Of a DNA stretch of 54,276 nt, positions 1 through 8,907 are shown one piece after another (positions within the stretch are counted from its first letter, which is position 1; each line of letters starts with the position of its first letter). This stretch comes from a bacterium. GTDB lineage: Bacteria > Patescibacteriota > Patescibacteriia > Patescibacteriales > VMTK01. The stretch covers positions 1-54,276 of the forward strand of contig JAUYAT010000034.1 in the NCBI GenBank assembly GCA_030693295.1, in the 5' to 3' direction. Below the pieces are notes generated by a model that was given only the letters and a program-made list of their open reading frames with translations, did no database searches and was not told the DNA's origin. Made by a program: the position numbers and the translations under genes.

Positions 1-182
1 ACGTTATATGAAATACATGTTTTCCTTTTGGGCTACCGCCCAGCTCTTAAAAAAGAATTCAATTTTATTTTTTAATTTAATAAAAGAGGGGTAATAAGGT
101 GTTTTCTCCGCTCCGCTACGAAAACGATTTATTTATAAGGGGAAAACGAATACAATAACTTTGCCTAACACGAAAATAATAT

Positions 183-620
183 ATGCCAAAAATTAAGGAT
201 ATTCCAAAAATTGATCGCCCAAGAGAAAGATTTTTGCAAAAAGGGGCTGATGCACTTTCAAAGAGTGATCTTTTAGCGATTCTTTTGGGTAGCGGAATAA
301 AGGGAAAAAATGTTAGACAACTTTCAGAAAATATTATCAAAAAATTTGGTAAAAAGTTTTTAGATATAACTGTTGATGATCTGTTAGAAGTTTCAGGGAT
401 TGGACAAGCCAAGGCATTGCAAATTGTTTCTGCAATTTCCTTAGTAAAAAGATTCTACGCGGACGAAAAATCAAACGAGATTATTATTAAAAATTCTCAA
501 GATGTTTTATCGCTTACTTACGATTTAAGGGATAAGAAAAAAGAACATTTGGTTTGTTTATACCTTAATGCTAGAAATTCCCTACTCAAAAAGGAGGTCG
601 TTAGCGTTGGATTATTTTAA
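183..620 (+). pseudogene. radC: RadC-family protein, C-terminally truncated
   Basis: N-terminus DRPRERFLQKGADALSKSDLLAILLGSG and HhH GIGQAKA are RadC-like; the ORF stops at EVVSVGLF before the JAB (HNHPS) motif. Confidence 0.8.
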
Positions 621-632
621 TCAATACTCAAT

Positions 633-1484
633 ATGAAAAAAACAAATTCAATAGTCTTATTTAATCAAAAGCAAGTTCGTCGTTTTTATGATGAAAAAAA
701 AGAAACTTGGTATTTCTCTATTATTGATGTTATCGAAATCTTGACTGACGCTAGTATTCCAAGGAGATATTGGAGCGACTTGAAAAGTAAGCTGAAAAAC
801 GAAGGTAGTGAAGTGTACGAAAAAATCGTACAGTTGAAAATGACCGCCCCTGACGGAAAGAAAAGAGAAACAGACTCTTTTTCCACTGAAGACCTGCTTC
901 GTGTAATCCAATCAATTCCTTCTCCGAAAGCAGAACCTTTTAAATTATGGCTTGCCAAGGTTGGATATGAACGAATTGAAGAAACAGAAGATCCCGAACT
1001 TGCTTTTGATAGAGCGATGAAAACATATTTGCAAAAAGGTTATTCAAGAGAATGGATAAATCAACGATTAAAAAGTATTGAAGTGCGCAAAGAATTAACC
1101 GATGAATGGCAAGAGCGGGAAATGAAAGAAGGCCTGGAATATGCGATACTAACAGATGAGATTACGAGAGCGTGGGCAGATAGAAGCGTGAGAGATTATA
1201 AAAAGTTTAAGGGACTGAAAAAAGAAAATTTGAGAGATAATATGACTAATCTCGAATTAGTGTTGAATATGCTGGCGGAAGCCTCAACAACAGAAATATC
1301 TAAAAAGAAAAAACCGCAAGGACTGGAAAACAATAAACAGATTGCCCGAGCGGGAGGATTTGCTGCAAAAAAGGCGAGAATTGAAATAGAAAAACAAACA
1401 GGCGAAAGTGTGATAACTGCTAGAAATGCAAAAATTCTAAAGGGTAAACAAAATCCTTCTTTACCTGATAAAAGTAATAAATAG
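633..1484 (+). CDS. Bro-N domain / phage antirepressor-like DNA-binding protein
   Basis: WYFSIIDVIEILT, QSIPSPKAEPFKLWLA and LRDNMTNLELVLNMLAE motifs. Confidence 0.75.
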   Translation: MKKTNSIVLFNQKQVRRFYDEKKETWYFSIIDVIEILTDASIPRRYWSDLKSKLKNEGSEVYEKIVQLKMTAPDGKKRETDSFSTEDLLRVIQSIPSPKAEPFKLWLAKVGYERIEETEDPELAFDRAMKTYLQKGYSREWINQRLKSIEVRKELTDEWQEREMKEGLEYAILTDEITRAWADRSVRDYKKFKGLKKENLRDNMTNLELVLNMLAEASTTEISKKKKPQGLENNKQIARAGGFAAKKARIEIEKQTGESVITARNAKILKGKQNPSLPDKSNK

Positions 1485-1486
1485 TT

Positions 1487-2404
1487 ATGTCTATACAAAT
1501 TTTATCAAATCTAAATTACCCTATCGGTAATATCATCAATCAAGAATTACAGAACGCGCAATCCGCGAGAATTGCTATTGCCTTTCTAAAATACTCGGGC
1601 ATAAAAGTAATAGAGAAGTCGCTAAATCAATGTTTAGACAACAATGGAAGCGTTGAGATTATCGCTGGGCTTGATTTCAAAACAACTGACCCGCAATCAA
1701 TGCATTATTTAATTCAACTCCAAAAATCAAAGCCTAACTTAAAATTTTATTGTTACGGTGATAAAGATGTTAATAAAAACAACATCGTATTTCATCCCAA
1801 AATTTATTTATTTCAAGGCAAAAGAGAAACAACGGGTATCGTCGGCAGCACAAATCTAACAAGTGGAGGATTAATGACAAATTTTGAGGCAAACGTAATT
1901 TTTAAAGAAAGCAAACCTCTTTATTTTTCACAGCTTGAAGCAATTTATAATTCTGTAAAATTTACGGACTCTGTTTTTTCGCCTGACGAAGAATATTTGG
2001 CGGGGTATTCCGATGTTTATAAAGCATTTTTACACAACGAAGAAAAAGCAACGACAGATAAAAGCATTCAGAAAGTGGTTAATCAAATTAGAAAACGAGA
2101 GGAATTTTTGCCCGGTCCCGTTCCGTCAATTAAAGGTCTTATAATCCAGATTATTAAAGAACAACAAATCAAGGGAATAGAATTTGTACCGCTTCAAACA
2201 ATCTATGAGGAAGTTGAGAGATTAGTAGTTGAAAAAAATCTAGTATATAAAATGGACACATTTAGAAATTCTATCCGTGGCGAACTTAATACCCACGAGG
2301 ATAATAGCAATCATCCAAGCAATATACACCTGTTTGTTCGCTCAAACGACGAAAAGGGATATTATTCTTTGACTGATAATGGGAAAAATTATCAGGGCAG
2401 ATAA
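1487..2404 (+). CDS. PLD-family (HKD) nuclease with C-terminal winged-helix-like domain
   Basis: FHPKIYLF...IVGSTNLTSGGLMTNFE catalytic motif. Confidence 0.75.
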   Translation: MSIQILSNLNYPIGNIINQELQNAQSARIAIAFLKYSGIKVIEKSLNQCLDNNGSVEIIAGLDFKTTDPQSMHYLIQLQKSKPNLKFYCYGDKDVNKNNIVFHPKIYLFQGKRETTGIVGSTNLTSGGLMTNFEANVIFKESKPLYFSQLEAIYNSVKFTDSVFSPDEEYLAGYSDVYKAFLHNEEKATTDKSIQKVVNQIRKREEFLPGPVPSIKGLIIQIIKEQQIKGIEFVPLQTIYEEVERLVVEKNLVYKMDTFRNSIRGELNTHEDNSNHPSNIHLFVRSNDEKGYYSLTDNGKNYQGR

Positions 2405-2654
2405 GTTAATGATCTATAAAAATATGACAAAAAAATATTATTACGCACTGTTTGATAATCAGAACAATCGAACTACTTCAATCGGTATCAATAAAACATC
2501 AAAAGATGCCGTGAAAAATCGTCTAATAGGTTTTTTATTACTCAGTAATTTCTCAGAAGAAGGTGAAAATTCAATAAAAACGAATACTTTATCTCAATTA
2601 TTGAATTATTATGAGTTTGCGTTACTAAAATCGAGAGTTCCATTCGAGATTTGA
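2379..2654 (+). CDS. hypothetical protein (start uncertain, possibly 2409 or 2423)
   Basis: ORF only, co-oriented with neighbours. Confidence 0.4.
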   Translation: MGKIIRADKLMIYKNMTKKYYYALFDNQNNRTTSIGINKTSKDAVKNRLIGFLLLSNFSEEGENSIKTNTLSQLLNYYEFALLKSRVPFEI

Positions 2655-3858
2655 TACTTGGTTTAAAATTGCTAAAGAGCTTGGCTTTGTTTGGTATTGG
2701 CCAAATGAAGAAATTAAATTTTCCGAAAGCGGAAAAATGTTATTGGATAAAGAGAAACCAGAAAATGAGTTAATGGTTTTTGCTAATGCTTTTGCAAAAT
2801 ATCAACGCCAAAACCCGTTTCGTCGAGTTTTAAATAAAAATGTTCCGCTTATTTTACTCATACAAACTATAAAACTTTTGAATAATGATTCTGAATACAA
2901 AGGAGCTGGCATTTCCAGATTAGAAATACCTTTATTGCTATGTTGGCAAAACGATAATGCCAAAAGTTTATATCGAGAAATAAAGAAATTGCGCAAAAAA
3001 TACGGCTATTCGCCAAGCAACGAAGTGATTTTAGAGCTTTGCTATGGATTACTAAATGAAACAAAAAGAGACGATAACTCCATTTTAGGAGATTACCCCG
3101 ATGATTTTATTCGTAAAATGCGTTTAACTGGTCTACTTTCTCTACGCGGAGGTGGTCGTTTTATAGATATAAACACAAAAGAAACAGCAACCGTTGATTA
3201 TATTTTGAAAAAATATGTTTCTTACAAAAAATTTAAAACTGAAAAAGAATTTTTTGAATATATCGGCGAAGTTGATCGCGATTTAATCACAACACTTTCT
3301 GTATTTAAAGCCCCAGCAAAAACTACAAAGGCAGAACTGGAAAAATGGGTTAATCACTATGCTTGGGAATCAATTAAAAACGAACTTCTTAATTTAGCAC
3401 AAAAAAAATCTTCCAGTGATGATATTTTGAAAATTATTGAACAGCCATTGCGCTTAGAATTTCTAACTTCATTGGCTATCCTTAAAAAATTACCGAATGT
3501 TATCGTAAAACCGAATTTTGTATCCGACGACGAAGGACTGCCAACGAGTTTTGCTTCTGGCGGAAGCCCTGATATTGAATGCACGGAAAATAAAGACACT
3601 ATTTTAGTTGAAGTAACTTTACTGACAGGAACACAACAACATATCAGAGAATCGTTTTCTATACATCGACATCTTGAGGAGTATGCTAAAAAAGGCACTA
3701 AATCATATTCTGTGTTTATTTCGCCAAAATCTTTTATTGATACCGAACGCTACTTTGATTTTATCAAAAAAGATGGTCTGGAAGTTAGGATCTCCGATAT
3801 TGACAAATTTGTTAATAGCCTTGAGATGAAAACCACATTGAATGAAGTAACCATGTAA
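2644..3858 (+). pseudogene. AlwI-family type II restriction endonuclease, 5'-truncated
   Basis: DDEGLPTSFASGGSPDIEC...LVEVTL nuclease motif. The frame stays open upstream of ATG 2737 (SRFDTWFKIAKELGFV from 2644) but hits TAA at 2626-2628 with no start codon. Confidence 0.65.
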
Positions 3859-3864
3859 TTTTTT

Positions 3865-5388
3865 ATGAGCATATTTATAAAAAAATTAACGGTCAAAAAT
3901 TATAAATGCTTTGAAAATGAGCCGATAGATTTTAGTATTCCAAACGGAACTAAAGGAAGTGGGCTAAATATCCTGATTGGCGAAAATGGAAATGGAAAAA
4001 CTTCTATACTTGAAGCAATTAATTATCTCACACTAAGTAGTTTTTCTGCTGAAAATAAATTAAGTATAAACGACTTTTTTGATTTCAAAAAAGACATTTT
4101 GATTGAGGGTGAAACTGATGAGTTTGACTGTAGCTCGTCAATCGATTTTTATAAAGATTGGAGTTTTAAATCAAAAGGCATTTATTTTAAAGCAAAAAGT
4201 AGAGATACCAAGGAAAGAGGTAATTTATTATCAAGCCCTTTTCAAATTAACAATTATTTTATTTCACAGGAAAAGTATATAAAAAAAGATGGGACACAAG
4301 GAAAAGAAATTGATGGTAGGGACAAAATATTTTCAAAATCAAGAATTAATGGCGATGAAGAGTTGAATATTTTCTTTTTTGATAAAAACAGAACAAGACA
4401 AATTGCCACTGGAAATTACAAAACTACATTTGAAAAAATATGCGATGATCTTAATTGGAATTTTGTAAAAAATCTCAACGATGAAAATATTGAAAAAATT
4501 GTTCAAAATATAGCTGGAGAATATTTTAAAAACATTGAGGAAATTACAAAAAAGAATGTAGGAAAAAAAACGGCGAAAGACTTGAAAGATTTTTTTGGAA
4601 ACGATGAATTTGAAAAAATTAAAATTGAGCTTTTAAATCTTCTCCATCCTTTTTCTAATGCATTTTTTGCTATACGAAACGAAAATGCACTATCTCAAAT
4701 AAATGTGAGAGATTTAGGATCAGGCGTTGAAATAATATTAACTCTTTTAATGCTAAAAAATATTGCAGGAGCTTCCAAGGGAAGCATTATCTATTTAATT
4801 GACGAGCCAGAATTACATCTTCATCCTAAAGCACAAACCAAGTTACTTAATTTACTTCTTGAAGAAGCAAAAGATAAACAAATTATTATTTCTACCCATT
4901 CACCCTATTTATTCCGAGGTGCAATTTCTGAAAATGCCACACTTCTACTTTTTACCAGAGATGAAACTAAAAAAATCACAATTACAGACGCAAGAGATAA
5001 AGGCTGGGGATTATTTCCTTGGAGTCCATCATGGGGCGAAGTTAATTTTTTCGCTTATGATATGCCTACCATTGAATTTCATGATGAGTTATATGGATTT
5101 CTGCATGAAGCGTATATAGGAAAAGCAAGTGATCAAACAGATGCTGATAACAGAGGAAAACAAACGGTTTTTGAGAAAGATTTTCTTCAAACAAAATTAA
5201 CCACTACAAAAAAGTGGACTCCAGAATTTGGTGGAGTAGCTAAAAATGAAGAAGGTATTACCTTGTCTACATTTATTAGGAGTAAGACTCATCATCCTGA
5301 AAATAAAACTATGCAAAATGCGAATTTCACGGATATTGAGTTAAAAAATTCAATCGATGAATTGATTAAAATAATAAAGAATCCATAA
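3865..5388 (+). CDS. ABC/AAA-type ATPase with C-terminal putative HEPN domain (defence-like)
   Basis: Walker A GENGNGKT, signature LGSG, Walker B LIDEPELHLHP, H-loop STHS, C-terminal RSKTHH (Rx4H). Confidence 0.7.
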   Translation: MSIFIKKLTVKNYKCFENEPIDFSIPNGTKGSGLNILIGENGNGKTSILEAINYLTLSSFSAENKLSINDFFDFKKDILIEGETDEFDCSSSIDFYKDWSFKSKGIYFKAKSRDTKERGNLLSSPFQINNYFISQEKYIKKDGTQGKEIDGRDKIFSKSRINGDEELNIFFFDKNRTRQIATGNYKTTFEKICDDLNWNFVKNLNDENIEKIVQNIAGEYFKNIEEITKKNVGKKTAKDLKDFFGNDEFEKIKIELLNLLHPFSNAFFAIRNENALSQINVRDLGSGVEIILTLLMLKNIAGASKGSIIYLIDEPELHLHPKAQTKLLNLLLEEAKDKQIIISTHSPYLFRGAISENATLLLFTRDETKKITITDARDKGWGLFPWSPSWGEVNFFAYDMPTIEFHDELYGFLHEAYIGKASDQTDADNRGKQTVFEKDFLQTKLTTTKKWTPEFGGVAKNEEGITLSTFIRSKTHHPENKTMQNANFTDIELKNSIDELIKIIKNP

Positions 5389-5576
5389 TGAGAAGTTTTC
5401 GGTCGGGGCAATTCACCCCTTTTATTCCCCTCTTGCCCCTCCCTCAAGCAGAATAAGGAGTTTTGGATTTTGGGCATTCACCCCTGACCCCTCTGCCCAA
5501 AATCCAAAACGGAAAAAGAAATTTTAAAATTTTTTAAAACAATTCCGACTGCTGTCGGAAAAAAAAGAAATACATC

Positions 5577-5677
5577 AGCTAACACGGCATATCTGGTTAC
5601 GGCTTTTTACAAAAGCCTTCACCCATATTTGCCTCCGCTACGCTGCGGCAAACTTCGGATATTCCTAAACGTTAAAT
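5577..5677 (+). mobile_element. attC-like recombination site (empty form, 101 bp)
   Basis: AGCTAAC...GTTAAAT ends; arms acggcatatctg/cggatattcc; two internal sub-hairpins (ggctttt/aaaagcc and tttgcc/ggcaaa). Confidence 0.75.
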
Positions 5678-5714
5678 GAAATTTTGACTCTCTAATAAAT
5701 TAAATGGCATAAAT

Positions 5715-5906
5715 ATGGCAAGAACAGGCGGCCTGGGTTCAAAAGACGCACAGGCATTACACAAAACAGCGGACGCAACGCAACAGTTAGTTAGATTAAA
5801 TAAAGAAACTGGCAGACAGACGAAGTGGATGATTGCGTTAACAATTATTATCACGATTCTAACCTTAATAATGGCAATCCCCGTGGTAACGGATATTTTA
5901 AATTAA
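5715..5906 (+). CDS. small single-TM cassette protein
   Basis: 63-aa ORF filling the cassette 5671-5928, with a C-terminal hydrophobic helix. Confidence 0.6.
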   Translation: MARTGGLGSKDAQALHKTADATQQLVRLNKETGRQTKWMIALTIIITILTLIMAIPVVTDILN

Positions 5907-5921
5907 ACGAGTCAAAACTTC

Positions 5922-6545
5922 ACTTGACACCGAATATACGGTTGCATAAAAATTTAGATAATTTTATTTTCTAACTTATAACACCATGAACACAAAAACA
6001 ATAAGCTATTTAAGGGAAAAATTATGGTATAGACTTATAAAGGTTATTTATATTTTTTCATTTATATATTGTATCGGCGCAAGCATGGGATTTGCGATTA
6101 ATGAATTTGATAGTAACTACATAGTCATATCGCTGTTTACTCTCATACTATTCCCTATTTTAACTTATATCGGCTTTGAAATAATAAGAAGGTCATTTTA
6201 TTATATTGTTATAGGCACAATACAACCTATTGATGATAATTATTTAATGAAACTGAAAAAATATAAATTTTTAATCTCAGGTATTTTAATTATTTTACTA
6301 CTTATCATTCTGTTTCTTTGGTTTTTGGGATACCAAATAGAAAAAGACCAACAAAAAAATAAAGCAAAAGATGTATCTGAATTTCCAGAATCGCATATAT
6401 TATCAGATTCACCACAACTAAGAATAAAACCTATTAAATTAAACATACCACCTAAAAATAAAATTGTTTAAATTTTTTTAGTTCGCTCACCCGAATTCGC
6501 CCATGCTCCGCTTTGGCAAATTTCTGATACACGCACACATTAGAC
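5922..6545 (+). mobile_element. degenerate attC-like site containing a gene
   Basis: Left arm acttgacaccgaatatacggttgc; right part gctcacccgaatt...ttctgatacacgcacacattagac; both align with the 5577 and 53613 copies. Confidence 0.6.
5986..6471 (+). CDS. hypothetical membrane protein (3 TM)
   Basis: ORF with three hydrophobic segments. Confidence 0.65.
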   Translation: MNTKTISYLREKLWYRLIKVIYIFSFIYCIGASMGFAINEFDSNYIVISLFTLILFPILTYIGFEIIRRSFYYIVIGTIQPIDDNYLMKLKKYKFLISGILIILLLIILFLWFLGYQIEKDQQKNKAKDVSEFPESHILSDSPQLRIKPIKLNIPPKNKIV

Positions 6546-6607
6546 AAAATTGCAAAAACTTTTATTACTAATTAATTATATAAAAGTGCTGAATAATTCT
6601 TTCTCTT

Positions 6608-6793
6608 TGTCATTCCCAGCTTGACTGGGAATCCATGAGTTAACGGTAAGAATAAGAAAATAGATAAAAGTGTTAAAAAATATTATAGTACTTTTTAAAC
6701 TTTTTATTGATTATTCGCGTTTTTGCGGCTCACTCCTGGATTCCCGCTTTCGCTCGCCTCGCTGAAGCTTTGGCGAAGCGGGCGGGAATGACA
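6608..6793. repeat. ATTCCC-N8/9-GGGAAT paired palindromic (REP/dRS3-like) element
   Basis: Terminal IR tgtcattccc/gggaatgaca; two internal ATTCCC..GGGAAT hairpins, the right one interrupted by a 30-nt insert. Confidence 0.7.
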
Positions 6794-6819
6794 GAATTAA
6801 ATTATTCAACAATCTATAT

Positions 6820-7107
6820 ATGACAAACATACAAATGCAAAATTTACACAAAGAGATAGGCGAAGCGAGAGAAGAAAATATGAATGAGCGAAACAATAAC
6901 AAAAATATTAAAAAAACAAAACGTAGAAAAATTTCGAAATTTAATATACTAATAATAAGCATTGTGCTAATGCAAATTTTTGTTTACATTACTAGTCCGG
7001 TAAAACATCCTTTTGAAGATTATTTTGGAGTTATCTTGGTGGGTTTAATAATTTTAGCTATTGGAAATTTTGTAAAGTTTATTATTAGAAAAATAAAAAA
7101 TAAATAA
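6820..7107 (+). CDS. hypothetical membrane protein (2 TM)
   Basis: ORF with two hydrophobic segments; start may be 6879. Confidence 0.55.
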   Translation: MTNIQMQNLHKEIGEAREENMNERNNNKNIKKTKRRKISKFNILIISIVLMQIFVYITSPVKHPFEDYFGVILVGLIILAIGNFVKFIIRKIKNK

Positions 7108-7120
7108 TTTAATTCTTAAC

Positions 7121-7185
7121 GTTCGCTCACCCAAATTTTCGCTCCCTTTGGTCGCAAAAACTACGGATATCCCGATACGTTAGGC
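7121..7185 (+). mobile_element. right half of attC-like site
   Basis: gttcgctcacccaaatt...cggatatcccgatacGTTAGGC, near-identical to 54022-54044. Confidence 0.7.
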
Positions 7186-7274
7186 AAAAAGAATTCCCTC
7201 CCGAGGCGGGCAGGCACCCCTTTAATTCCCCTCTTCCCAAAGCGAAAAATAAAGTTATAAATTTTAAAATAATT

Positions 7275-8276
7275 ATGACAAAAAATAATTCTCAATTCAT
7301 CATCTATCAAGCCGAATCCGGCGAAACTAAAATAGATGTTCGTTTGGAAGATGAAACCGTATGGCTTACACAAAAACTGATGGCAAAACTTTTTGATACG
7401 AGTGTGCCAAATATAAATATACATCTCAAGAATTGCTACGAAGAAAGAGAAATAAACGAAAATTCAGTTATTAAGGATTTCTTAATAACTGCCGAGGATG
7501 GCAAAAATTATAAAACAAAATTCTACAATCTTGATGCCATTATTTCGGTTGGTTATCGCATAAAATCAAAAACAGCAACTCATTTTCGCAAATGGGCAAC
7601 AAGGAGACTAAAAGAATATATTGTAAAAGGTTTTGTTTTAGATGATGAGAGACTAAAAAATCCTGATTTACCGTATGATTATTTTGAGGAACTTACTCGT
7701 AGGATTCAAGATATTCGCACTTCGGAAAAAAGATTTTATCGTAAAATTACAGATATTTATGCTTTAAGCATTGATTACGATCCGACTGATCCGATAAGTA
7801 TTGAATTTTTTCAAACTGTGCAAAATAAAGTTCATTTTGCCATTACGAAAAAAACTGCCGCAGAAATAATTTCTAAACGAGTTGATTTCAAGAAACCAAA
7901 TATGGGACTTACAAACTGGCGAGGAGGAAAGGTAAGAAAAGATGACATAATTATTGCCAAAAACTATTTAAACGAAAAAGAACTTCTAGCTCTTAACAAT
8001 CTTGTTGAACAATATTTAATTTTTGCAGAAGGACAAGCTATGCAAAGAATTTCGATGAAGATGAAAGACTGGATAAAAAAACTGGAAGGATTTTTGACCC
8101 TTAACAATCGTAAAATTTTAATGGACAAAGGCAAAGTCTCTCATCAAGAAGCAAGACGGCTTGCTGAAAAAAATTATAAAAAATTTAACAAAAAAAGAGC
8201 AAACGAATATAATCAAATAGACGCTGATTTTGATAATGTGATAAAACTTATTGAAAATAAAAAAAAGAAAAAATAA
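7275..8276 (+). CDS. RhuM-family virulence/DNA-binding protein
   Basis: ETVWLTQKLMAKLF, YNLDAIISVGYRIKS, FRKWAT, IRTSEKRFYRKITDIY motifs. Confidence 0.85.
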   Translation: MTKNNSQFIIYQAESGETKIDVRLEDETVWLTQKLMAKLFDTSVPNINIHLKNCYEEREINENSVIKDFLITAEDGKNYKTKFYNLDAIISVGYRIKSKTATHFRKWATRRLKEYIVKGFVLDDERLKNPDLPYDYFEELTRRIQDIRTSEKRFYRKITDIYALSIDYDPTDPISIEFFQTVQNKVHFAITKKTAAEIISKRVDFKKPNMGLTNWRGGKVRKDDIIIAKNYLNEKELLALNNLVEQYLIFAEGQAMQRISMKMKDWIKKLEGFLTLNNRKILMDKGKVSHQEARRLAEKNYKKFNKKRANEYNQIDADFDNVIKLIENKKKKK

Positions 8277-8303
8277 GGAGTTTTGGGCTTCGGGCATTCA
8301 TAA

Positions 8304-8907
8304 TTAAAAACTATTCCATAAAATAGCTTCTTTTAAAACCCTCTCTTCGTCAATCGTCTTCACCGCCCTGTTTCTCATCACGATTTTGCCGTTTATAATA
8401 ACATCCTCAACATCCCGCGCGCTTACGCAGTAAACCAAATGGGAATATGGATCGTAAAGAGGAGTTAAATGCGGCTTGTTTAAATTAATCGTGATAATAT
8501 CGGCTTTTTTTCCGGCTTCCAAAGAGCCGATTTTTTTATCCAGATTTAAAACTTTAGCGCCGTTGATTGTTGCCATGCGGACAACTTCGCGGGCGCTTAA
8601 TACTGTCGGATTGAGCTTATTAACTTTATGAAGCAGGGCGCAGGCGCGCATATCGGAAAATAAATCCAGGGTGTTGTTGCTGGCGGCGCTGTCCGTGCCA
8701 AGCCCGGCCATTATTTCCTTTTTCAGCATTTCGGGAATAGGCGCGATGCCGGAAGCAAGCTTCATATTTATTTTTTAATTCTTTTTCCTCGCCAACCGCG
8801 ATAATTTTATTTTTTTCAACTGCAACCATCCCGTCCTCAATAATGAACATTTCATCATCCATCGGCAAAACATATTTTCCTTTAACGATTAAATCGCAAT
8901 TTTGCAT
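8304..8907 (-). pseudogene. MTA/SAH deaminase-like amidohydrolase with large internal deletion and frameshift
   Basis: N-terminal ~50 aa in one frame joined at ~8759-8768 to the C-terminal part (MKLASG...GLGTDSAASNN...GSLEAGKKADI) in another frame; the HxH metal motif region is absent. Confidence 0.8.

Noticed and set aside
5577-7185. CRISPR array
   Set aside because: Repeats are degenerate, irregularly spaced and separated by genes; no cas genes seen
160-7188. 10-bp IR tttgcctaac / gttaggcaaa as the ends of one 7-kb element
   Set aside because: GTTAGGC is a common core sequence here (also at 53152), so the match may be coincidental
8626-8907. Programmed frameshift joining the two amidohydrolase ORFs
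   Set aside because: The joined product would still lack the central catalytic region
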